A DNA stretch of 64,000 bases from contig OZ076409.1 of NCBI GenBank assembly GCA_964187785.1, forward strand, positions 94,986,001-95,050,000, read 5' to 3'. The notes under the pieces were generated by a model that worked only from the letters and a program-made list of their open reading frames with translations, did no database searches and was not told where the DNA came from. Below are positions 49,749 through 61,700 of this stretch, in pieces. Both the position numbers and the translations under genes were made by a program. Each line of letters begins with the position of its first letter. Position 1 is the stretch's first letter. Source of the DNA: Amphiscolops sp. MND2022 (lineage: Eukaryota).

Positions 49749-52700
49749 CTGAAAAACAAAACCACGTCAATTGATACAAATTCACAGACACTTTTCAGAA
49801 AAGTATACACATATATGACAAGCCGAGAACGGCCAAAGTCGGCACTATATCTAAGGCTCAAAATTGTAAAAGGGGACCCTTCGGGCTTTGTCAAACTCCA
49901 GCTGGTAGCAAAATATGAAAAAAATTGAACGGGAGTCCTTTGGGGACTTGAAAAAATTTCCCAAATAATTTAAAAATGAGATTTTTGAAAAGTGTCACAG
50001 TGCCGAAAAATGTAAAAGGGGGGACCCTTTGGTGCAATACAAAAAGTTTCAAAGAAAGTCGCATATTGCCGAAAAAAAGTGAGCCATGGGGGATCCTTAG
50101 TGTGATTTCGAGGTTCTGGACGTCTGTTTTGTTTCTTCTTTTCGTTTTGGACGCGCTTCTGAGGTTGGAGTTGTTGAGGTTTGAAGTTGTTGAACAAATG
50201 AACAAAAAAGTGGACCTCACGCGTTTTAAAAACTACCCACTGTAAGAGTCGGGCACATTTTCTACTAAAATGCGCTGACTAAAAACAAGACGGGATCACC
50301 TGAAGTCGGCGCTCCGCTTAGGACTCAAAAAGCTCTCATAACTTCCAGAGTGGCAAAAATATTCGAAAGCGCGACCTGCAGCCTCGAAAAACGCTTTTAT
50401 TTTAATGGAAACTTCAAAAAAACCAAATTGATTTTTTTTTAAAGTCACAGAGCGCCGAAAACCCAAGGATGGGACTTTGGGCTTCGAAAACGCCTTTTTG
50501 GAAGTTGAAACGCGAGAAACCAAAAGGGAGGCCAGGCCCTTTCACACGTCAAGAGTTTTCAAATAAAGATATTTAGTGACTAAATTTTAGGCGTTTTCGA
50601 AGAAAAACCAGACTCTTACATTGGCTAGTTTTTTTTCGTCAGTTCAACACGATCGGTCCACTTTTTGTGCATTATGCACTTTTGCCATATGTACTTAATA
50701 CTTCATTTTCAACGCATCCAAAGCCTCTAACAAGCCATTCCGAAGCAGAGGGGTCCCCTTTCCACTTTTTTGACACTATAAGATTTTCCCTCTTTTTTCG
50801 GCACTGTGAGACTGTTCAAATTTCTCATTTTTTTCCGAAATTTTTTTATTGCTCCAAAGGGTCCCCCATCAATTTTTTTTTGATATTTTGCAACAGAATG
50901 GATGTTCAAAAAATCCCAAAGGCTCCCCCCCCCTTTTACATTTTTCGGCACTATACGACTTACTGGAGACTTCAAAAAAAATTAGAAAAAATTCGGAAAA
51001 TTTTTTTCCTCAATTTTTAGTTTTTTGAGAGCTTTTGTTGTAGAAAAAGTGGTTTTCGAGTCTTATTGAGCCTTAGATATGGCGCCGACTTGGGCCGTTC
51101 CCGGCTTGTTTAAGACTAAATTAGTCCCAGACAGACATCGAACGGACGACCGTATGCATGGGAGCGTCAATCCCAACCTACTTGCTGCGTGAACAAACTA
51201 GCGACGTGGACAAAACCTTTGTCGAAAAGTGGACCATTCGTATACATTTTGTGGTCTTATTTACGGCATAAATTTTTTACTTTGTAATTAGGTACCATAC
51301 AAAAACAGCATTGAACTTTACCATTTTACTACTCAGTATTTTGCTCGATTACTTCAGAGATTGTTGACAGTTTCTTTGAACCAATTTTCAACTTTCCGGT
51401 TCTACTAAAAACAATTACTTGAAATCACCCATGATACAAAAAAGTTGAAGAGATTATTCTCTTCTCACTGATTAAAAGGAGACAAGGTAAGCGCAGTTGT
51501 GAGGTACAGTAGAACCTAGATTTTCCGCCAGCTTCCGAGAATAAGGCGGATAGTTGAAATGGCGGACCAACAACCGGCTGTAATTAGACCTGAATTAAAA
51601 GAAAGCGAATATAGGAAAACTTGTCGAAAAGCAACTCGCCGAAAACTTGTCGCAAGTACAGAAAATCATCTTACAGTTTTTTAATTTAAAAAATTGTACA
51701 GTGCTATGAAGTTCTAATTATTATGAAGTATTACACTGTAAACTATACAAGTGAAATATTTCAAATCAGCACTGATTTTGCGGGAACCACGCCCCGAAAT
51801 TTGGCCTTTTTCGGGGTCCGAGGGCATGTCCTAATACGTTAGCCGGTTTCAGTTTCTGAAATCTAGGACCAAAACTATGCCGAAAAATTCGTAGTAGTGT
51901 AGGGGTATAGTGTACCTGTCGTGGTCCTTGTCGATGAGATGGTAGCGGGCCCTGAAGGCCACCAAGTGGGCGTAGTAGGCGGGTGCGGGGATGCTGACAG
52001 AGCGGGTGCACCTCACATAGGTGTGGCACAGTTGGTAGGTGAGCGTCTGGATGTCATCCGATATGAAGTTGTTGTCGTCCCACAACACGTGGTAGTGCGA
52101 AGGCCGTGAGGTTCCCTAAACAAAAACAACAACATCTGCCATCCCTGCTGTTACAGTGCAACCCGGCTAATTCCTATCAGCAGGGAACAAATATAATAAT
52201 ACGCATGAGGGGAGATACGAATAGATCGGATGACAGAGGCTTCTCTAGAATGTTTTTAAAGAGGAGGCGGCGAAATGAATCTTTATCAGAGAAGAAATCT
52301 TGAATGTATGAAAGTTCTGAAATACGACAGGATTTTCCATCACTAAAGAGAAAGAAAATGAAAACCACAAAAATCTAGTTTCTTTCTAAGGCTTTTTTCT
52401 GACTCGGTATCAAAAATTTCAAACTGGATCGATTTAAAAGATTGTCAACTGTTTGATTTGTCAAGTTACCCGTACAATTTTTTCAAAGGGAGGGCGGTTC
52501 AAAATCTTTCATAGTTCAAATGTTTGACTTCAAGTATATTTTGAAATTGAACGATAACTTTATTTAGCTTTTGCAAGAAAAACGACTGAAATTTTCCATA
52601 CTAAGCGGGGGGTTTTACAAGGGTAAGAGTTGGGTTTTTTTTAAAAAATTCATTTTGAAATCCCCAGTAAGATTCTTAGGAAATTTCGACTTTGGACATT

Positions 52701-55700
52701 AACCTTAACTTGGCCAATGTGCCAAATTTGGCACATTTAGTTTCTGCAAATTCTTAACGCACCAGCTGATTGTATGGTAAAGCAAACCCTTTAATAAGAG
52801 TTTCAGACAATATTGCATAGCATTCGGCGCCTTTTCACGGAAAATTGACGTGATGTCTCCAAAATTCAGAAAATGAGGCGAAAAAATCAAAAGAAAAATA
52901 AGTGCAGATTTTCCGTTTTCCCAGTTTTCGTTTGTGCCCCTTTTATCCCACTGGTATCAACATTGGGTCAAAGCGGCCCCAGCATGTTTTGAAACATGCT
53001 GAAAAGCAAGCAGAGACAAGACGCGTGCAAAGTTTTGGCGCAAAGTTCGGAGCCAGTGCGGCGAAGCACCTCTTTCGAACGCTGTATAAATCGTTTTTCG
53101 GACTTGAATAGTTCAGGAGATATTGCGGTTTAAAGTTGAAGCACCCGATTTTTGGATGGAACAAGAATTTTCCTGGCCAACTTAAGGTTAACATTTCAAC
53201 TAGTTGCCTGTAGTTTGAATCGGCAATGAAACCGCTAAAAATTCTGCGTGGCCGCAACCGTGAAAAGGTAGGTTGGAGGTTAGGGTAGGGTAGGGTTGGT
53301 TGGTAACCTGTATGCCGGCGTGGCTGCAGAGGTAGAAGTCGTACTCGGTGGGGTGTGTGATGACGGAGTCGACGGTGGTGCCTGCCGGGATGTTGCCGCT
53401 CTTGCCGATCTGCTCCTTCTTGTCGGCACAGAACAACCTCGTGTGGTGTCTCTTCTGCACCACCACGAACGTGATGCCCGGCTGGTAGCCCACCTCCAGC
53501 TTCACACACGCCTCCCGGATCGCCTTTAACTCGTGGATCAGCACCTGAAACAAAAGCATTTACATCAAACAAGACGCATCAGCTCGGGTTCGAACCCACG
53601 ACCTCGTGTCTGCGAGGCACACGCACTACCAACTGTGCCACGTTGACTAAAACATCCAAATTACTAAATGCTGAGTAATAAAGTGGAGTTTTGATAGAAT
53701 TTGGCTTCAACTCGTGGATCAACACCTCAAACAGCCATCCCGTGTCTCCCAGCCATCAAATTACATTATAACCACGAGGCGCAATTTAAATGGTTAACAA
53801 GCCGGGAACGGCCCAAGTCGGCGCCATATCTAAGGCTCAAAAATAGCAAAAGGACTTCAAAATGTCAAATTATTGGTGTATTGGGGACCCTTTTATGAAA
53901 AAAATGAAAAAAGTATCACAATGCCGAAAAAAACTGAAAGAGGGGACCCTTTAGGATTTTTCAACATCCATTCTGTCGGAAAATATCAAAAAATTGAAGG
54001 GGGACTCTTTGGTGAAAATTGTTTTCGAAAAAAAAGTCTCACAGAGCCGAAAACACTCTAAGGGAGTACCCTTTGGCCCGTTGAGTTTCTTAGATGATGT
54101 AAAAATACTACTTCGTAAGCGAAGTAAGAATTGTAAGAAATTGTAAGATTGTAAGAAAAGTGGAGCATTCAGAGTGAGATTGTCAGTCGAAAAAAACTAC
54201 CCACTGTAATAGTGGGGCTTTTTTCCTTAAGGGAAAAGGCGCCGACTAAAATGAAAACAACCCCAAAAGGTACTACTTTGAAGGTGGTTAAAAAACGGAC
54301 CACGTCAACGAGTTTCAGATTATTTTGACGAAACCTTCAATAATAATATGAAATAACGGTGAGCTGATGAAATTGATGATTCTTTGAAAACTAGCGACAA
54401 CTTTGGAAAAATCATTTACACTTAAACATTTATATTCCACTGTGAACTAAAATGCGAACATCATTTCTCAAGATATTTTATTATCGCTGAATTTGAACGA
54501 AACTATCGACAGAAAAGTACGGTCAATTCAAATTCCGTTCAAGAATTTACAACATTTCTGAGAAACGAGTCGACTGAAGTGGCTGACTCCTTATAATTTA
54601 TGGATGCATGATTGAAAAAAACTAAGATCAATTCAAATTCTGTTGAAGAATGTACAAACGAGCCGGGAAGGGCCAAAGTCGGCGCTATATCTAAGGCTCA
54701 AAATTGTGAAGGGGGGACCCTTTAGGCTTTGTGAAACTCCAGTTGGTTGCAAAATATGAAAAAAAATTAAAAGGGGGACCCTTGAGAGATTTTTAAAAAG
54801 TTCCAAAAAAAATTTAAAATGAGATTTTTGAACAGTGCCGGAAAATGTAAAAGGGGACCCTTTGGGATTTTTTGACATCCATTGTATTGCAAAATATCGA
54901 AGCAAACGAAGGTGAGACCCTTTGGTGGAATCCAAAAAAGTTCAAAAAAGTCGCATAGTGCCGAAAAAAATCCGAGTGAAAAACACCAAAGGGGGGAGGG
55001 CCCTATGTTTTCGAGATTCTGGACATCGATGTTTTTGTTTTGGACGTAGTTCTGGCGTTTCGAGTATGTTTTGGACGTCTGTAGTTCAAGTTGATGATGT
55101 TGAACAAATGAACAAAAAAGTGGACCGATCGCGTTGAACTGACGAAAAAAACTAGCCATTGTAAGAGTCGTGCATTTTCTTCGAAAACGCCGACTAAAAA
55201 TGAGAAAAGAATCGACTCCTCACCTGATGGAACTGTCCTTCGGAGACGCCAGTGCGGTACATGATGAGTCTGAGGGGTTTGAAGCGGGTGGACCTGTAGA
55301 ACTGGATGAGCAGCTCCCGGATCATGGTGGACAGATCCCCGATTACCTCCTGTCTATGTGACTGCACCCTGACCACCGCAGCATACCGAGACGGGTGTGC
55401 GTCCATCGACCCCACAACCTGACAAAAGAACGCACGTACCTCCATCAAGTTCAAACATTACTCGTTGATTTACAGTTGTATCTAGGAGTAAACATAGAAC
55501 AAGCCGCATAAGTCGGCGCCATATCTAAGGCTCAAAAATAGCAAAAGGACTTCAAAAAATCAAAGTTTTCTTTTTTTGAAGTCTCACAATGCCGAAAAAA
55601 CTGAAAGGGGGGACTTTTTGGGATTTTTCAACAACCATTCTGTCGCAAAACTCCAAAAAAAATTGAAGGGGGACCCTAAGGGAAACATTTTTTCCCGAAA

Positions 55701-58700
55701 AAGTCGCAATGCCGAAAAAAAAACAAAAGGGGTCCCTTTGGTCTCGTCCGGTATTGTATGTTACGCGGGAAACCGGTTTGGTTCAGTTCTTTGGGCCAAC
55801 GGGCACAATTTGGCGTCTTCTTAAAATTTTGTAGAACTACTTTGGTCACTTCAGGTGTATCGAAAAAACGCACTGACGAAAAGCCATGACTATAGTCGAC
55901 TCTTTTCTTAAGAAAAGCGCGCCGTCTAAAAAAGGAAACTCACGGCGGCAATGGAAGGTTTCTTTTCGTCTCCGGCGGGCGGATGGGTGATGTCTGCGCC
56001 GAGGAACATGACTGGCTCGTTGAACACCTTGGGTCTGATTGCGGGCACGAGGATGTTGTTCACTCCGCCCAGCTTCACGTTGATCTTCAGACACAGGTTG
56101 GAGAGAGTCTGGGGCGAGGTCTTGTTCACGTTCTTCACTTGGATGCACTGAGTGGCCAAACCCAACACTGTGTCACCCACTCGCTTTACTTCGGCTGCAA
56201 CCAAAAAAACATCACATCATTCAAACCAAAAAACACCTCAACTTGATCTTTCCTTCTTTATAAACAGATTGATAACGAAGCCTATATTTAGTCGGCGCCT
56301 TTTCCCTTAAGGAAAAAAGCCCAACTATTGCAGCTGACAATCTCACTCTAAATGGTCCACATTTTACAATCTTTTGTTCATTTGTTCAACTAATTTTCAA
56401 AATGTTTACCTTGAGAAAATGATATCTGGCAGTTTTTGTTTTATTTTGGAGCCTTTATTGATGTTTTGCCGACATTTTGAAGTTAGCGCCAGTGACTTTC
56501 CAGGAAACATGGATTTTTATTACTGAATGGGCTTATATCAAACAGTAAGTGAGCTCTTGAAAAAGGAAATGCAAGATGAAAACCAGAAAAAAGCTCAAAT
56601 TCATGATTTGATGGAACATTGGAGCTGTGAAGAACGATTTATTGGATCGAAGCGTAGCGGTGTTTCATAATAAAGTTCTGGGGAATGTTTGATTCGTTTC
56701 TCACCATAAACAGCCGCAGAGCATTTGATGACTTTATCTACACGATAAATATTGTCTGCTTATCATACAATAACAAGTACAACAATTCATTCAAAATGTC
56801 TGACGACAAAAAATTGATTGAAGGTCTTTGAATAGTGAAATTAAAAAGCGGCTTATAATTATAGACTAACTCCTTTTTTTATCAAACTCTAATATTTGTA
56901 ATGTTTAAGTCGATGTTAACTAGGTCTCGACGAAACATACCACTTCAAGCTTCGAAACTTACCCTTTGAAACGAAACTCAGTGTGCTATACAAAAAGCTA
57001 CAGACAGCTAATACTACAGGGGAATATTTCAGAAGCGCTCTACATGTTTTGTTTTGCATTTGCCGCAAAAGTCTCAGGAGCAGAATCCTCTCGGATTTTA
57101 ATGAAATTACAACGAAACTTTTTTTTGAGATCGAATCAAAAATTGAGATCTAATAAAATTGTATTTTCGGGAATTTTTCGAACTTTATTATGCAATATCT
57201 CAGAAACTACTGATCACATTAATTGAATCGGCTCCAACGTTTTTCATGCTTCTTTCATGTATGCAAGGATATTTTTTACAAAACTTATGAGAGAAGTTAG
57301 TGTTTTTAGTCGGCGCTTACGAAGAATAGCAAGGCTCTTATTGAGACGCGAAGTGACTGATTTAATTAATACTAATAATTAGTCTACACTAAATTTCTAT
57401 GCTGTCATTGCCGCTTGACCTAGAGGTTAACTCGGTTTTGAGGACAGAGAGGTCCGAGGAGTACGTGGGTTCGAGTCTCGCACTAAGCCAAAATTTTTAT
57501 GCGTCTTATTTTAAATATCGCGGAAATCATAACAAGACACCCGCTAAGCACCGGGATATTTTCCGCTATGAAAAATGTAACGCTCCAGCCCGGCTCGAAC
57601 CCATGACCTCTTGTCTGACAGGCAGACGCACTGCCAACTGTGCCACGGTGACTACTTTATTGTTTTACTAAATGGAGTAAATAAAAGTGGAGATTTGGCA
57701 GAATTTGGGAAAAAAACGCAACACAGATCATGATTTTCCTCCCCCATTTATGTGGGCCGAAAATAATAAATAAAACAAAAACCTAATTATGGCTTCGACT
57801 TAAATCAATCTAAAGTAACTATCTTTCGAGAAAATATTTGAAAATTGCCTAAATACGATACTTATGCTTTTATTGGCACTTTTGGACCATCTACTCTCGA
57901 CAATCGAAGCAAAACGCGAACATCAGCTCCACCCAAATTGATATTCCCGTAATTAACTTCCAGAAAAACTTTGGTTGAAAAATGAAAAACGTTTCAACAG
58001 TAAGAAATATTATTTGACACTTTGATGTTATTTTTAAGAGTGTGTTACCGTAGACAGGTGTTTTTCCGGGCAGGACTATGATGATGAGCTGCAGCTCCCG
58101 GTACTTGTCGGCGAGGTGTTTGAACATGGCCTCTACCTGATCTGCCCCCGTGGCGTACATGCAGAAGCACGGCTGTGATATGATGGGCATTCCTGCGTCG
58201 TTGCTGATTCTGCTGAGTTGCTCGGCGAAGTTGCGCAATGCGTCCTCCTTGCACTGTCGGGTGGGTGCGAAACAGGCGATGGCCCAACACCTGATTGTCA
58301 CTCCCAGGTGGAACTGTTTCCCACGCATGTCCCACACGCCCTGTGTCGGCACTGCTTGCTGACGGGTCTGACAACACAAACAGCATGAGGATACCAGAAT
58401 TTCTTTGTAAGATCTTGGTAAGAATCTTGCCATGGGATCCATGGTTGCCAAGATGTAGTAAGAATTTGCCAAGATCTTGCCATGGCTGCCAAGATGCTAG
58501 TAAGAGGGTCAACGCGGGTATGCCAGAATTTCGACATCGCTAATCAGCAATTTAACCAATTAGCGGCCGCGCAGAATTTCTTCAGCGATTTTTTAAGTGA
58601 TTCAGATTAGCGGCAACTAATAGATTGTCCAAACCGTAAATTTGTTCGGAAAAAACACGGATTTTCCAAATGAATTTCAAAAAATTCCAACTCTTCGTCT

Positions 58701-61700
58701 GTACAACCCACATAGTATAAAACTTTCTAGTTTTTTCTTGCCGAAATTGAACTAAGTTATCGTTTACATTCAAAACATTCTTGAATTCAAACATCTAATA
58801 ATTTGAAAGTTTTTCAGCGAAAAAAATAGCGATGTTAAAACTCTGATGTATACACATAATACCTTGCATTAATCATCATCATGTGTATACCCTGGCTTAA
58901 GCGTTTCAAGTTTTACTGAAAACACGGCTTATACCGGGAATGCTGGATATATTTGAGAGAAAAAAGACAAGGTTCGTACACGAGGACGTTTATACCTTTC
59001 TAAATATGGGACCTCTTATACCTCTAAGGAGTTATTATTTCAAGAGAGGGCTCCCTTCCTTAGGGAAGAAGGGAATTTTGGACTATCTAAAAATCATATG
59101 GCATATATCTAACTAAATCTTCGGATATTGCTTGTAGAGGCAGCGGCGAATCTAATAGTAAGTCTCGTCTTGTAAGTATTATTTAAATGCCATTTCATTT
59201 CCTAGATTAGAAATAAAAGCCGCTTAGTGACAGTATGCTAGAAGCGTTCAAAGGAAGTCACATCTTCTGAACTACTTGATAGAAGCTGCCACTTCTGGGT
59301 AAAAGTCAGTGTCTGGCTAATAGAAGTGGCTTATTCATTTGCCATTCACAGCAAAGAGCTACGGAAATGCAAAAACGCACGGATAAAACCAGATTCGAAC
59401 TGTAGAACTCAGTTTCACAGTGCAATCAAAAGATAGGGCCTTTCAATTCGAAAGCATTTTCAAGCCGCGTTAGTTTTCCCCCACCGAATAAAACCAAAGC
59501 TCCGCTTATTTCACAATACTTGCTTTTGCGCAAAATATAATGATATAGTCAAGAGATACCATCCAAATTGACACAAATTCAAAACATCTTTCGAATAGAT
59601 TTGTTTTGTTCAGAGTTATTAAATTTTTGAATTATATTGAAATATTTCCAATAAATCATGAAGTATTCGGAAATATGAATTTGGTACATTTACCATTTTA
59701 ACTCAGCGCTTTAGAGCAAAAAGTACCTAATAACGTCTATGAGATTTTCCATTTTGAATTGGTTGGTCGAAATTGGTTGTTTCCATCTCATAACAAGGGG
59801 GAAGTCTTTTCTAACTGCTCAAAAAGCTTTCATAGACAATTTAAATGATGCAAAACTTAGTTTATTAGGAATGCTTTGGAATATTTCAGGAATTATTTAA
59901 ATTAGCCTTGAATTATTCCTCAAAAACCTTGATTTCTGTGTTGATAGGTTCAATATCTGGGTTCATCTTTTGTGGGGAAACACACCGAGGATATGGTTTC
60001 AAATTGTACGAGGGTAAGTAAATTTACAAACCTTATACTATAAAATTATCACAATTAATAAAGCTTCGAGTCACAAATGTATGGATAGGCAGCAATCCCT
60101 CAAAAACATAAGAACAGCCAAAAAAAAACAACATTAGTAGTAAGAAAATGAACTGGCTGGCACAGCCAAAACTATGCGGTTTTTTTTCTGGACGGAAAGT
60201 CAGCATTAACTAAGTAACGACTTTGTTCTAGCCCTGGAACCTTGCTTCGTAATTTATTCGATTCTCATGTCTCGATATTCAGAACTTTACGACCTATTTT
60301 GAGATATAACATCATTGGATTTATTCGGTTCCTAAAACAATCTTCAAGGAATCCAAAATTTTGACACCCGTATTGAGAGTTTCAACCTCCACCTGCTAAT
60401 CAGGGTTAGCAACATTGAAAAAAAACACGTTTTTAAAATACATTTTTAGTCGGCGCTTTTTAGTAGAAAATGTGCCCGACTCTTACAGTAGTTTTTTTAG
60501 ACACGAAAGGTCCACTTTTTTGTTAATTTGTTCAACAACGTCAAACCTCAACAACTCCAACCTCAGAAGCGCGTCCAAAACGAAAAGAAAAAACAAACCA
60601 GACGTCCAGAACCTCGAAAACACACTAAGGATCCCCCATAGCCACTTTTTCGGCACTATGAGACTTTTTGGATTGCACCAAAGGGTCCCCCCTCCATTTG
60701 TTTCGATATTTTGCAACACAATGGATGTCAAAAAATCGCAAAGGGTCCCCTTTTACATTTTTCGGCACTGTGACACTGTTCAAAAATCTCATTAAAAAAT
60801 TTTTTGGGAAATTTTTTCATATCCCCAAAGGGTCCCCCTTCAATTTTTTTTTCATTTTTTGCAACCAGCTGGAGTTTCACAAAGCCCGAAGGCTCCCCCC
60901 TTTTCAATTTTGAGCCTTAGATATGGCGCCGACTTTGGCCGTTCTCGGCTTGTTCAAATCAAATCTCGTTTTGTTTTCACAATATACAAAATCGAAAGCT
61001 GATACTTCGTGAATTTTTGGGTGTATTTCCAGAGTATTTGTAATTTCGCGTCTGAAAGACCCTATTCGGCAAGAGTTTACGGAGATCATTTATAGATGGA
61101 AGTCAGCGTACTTGACTTGGCGTTGACCAAGCGCGAATACTGTCTTCCGTATTTCGTCAATTGAATTAATAATTTGTTTTTGTAAGAGTTGAATACAATT
61201 TTTCGAAAAAACGCGTTTTTTGAAAAATTCAGGAAAAATTTTTCAGAAAAAAACTTTTTGATCAACCCTGCTGTTAATGCTGACCACCGTGGGATTACAT
61301 GGTAAATGTATGAATTTACAAAAGACGACCGACAGGTAAGTACAGAGGAAGCCGCTTATATGGGCCGCCTCGGGACCGGGTATTCTTGTCTGCTATATCT
61401 GTTGTCTCTTATCAGTAGAACAATAAGTTGCTTTATTTCAGCGGGGACCGAAATACGCATGCCAATTAAACGTTGTCTCATACGCGTGTCCCATTTAAGC
61501 GGTTTCCACTGTAGCTATAAATGAGAGTGAACTGACACTGACCCGTCCTCCGTATTGCAGTTTGGGGGGGCTGAGGATGCGCCCGGGCACCTTGACCATC
61601 TCGTTCACGATGGTGATGCCGAAGTCGTGCAGGTAGTGGTCTCTGTCAAAGCCCGCGTTCCGGATCTAAACACAATCAATTCAAAATTCATATGCTGGCA

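Noticed and set aside
53263..53303. Telomere-like/G4 run (ggttagggtagggtaggg)
   Set aside because: Only one true TTAGGG; too short to call an interstitial telomere.
53580..53650. Functional tRNA gene (also 57585-57655 and ~57420-57490)
   Set aside because: A and B boxes are present, but acceptor stems do not pair and the anticodon arms differ between copies; treated as SINE-like.
47579..61089. Many K/F-rich 60-130-aa ORFs in AGO introns and flank
   Set aside because: They coincide with HINE copies and low-complexity A/T runs; no protein motifs.
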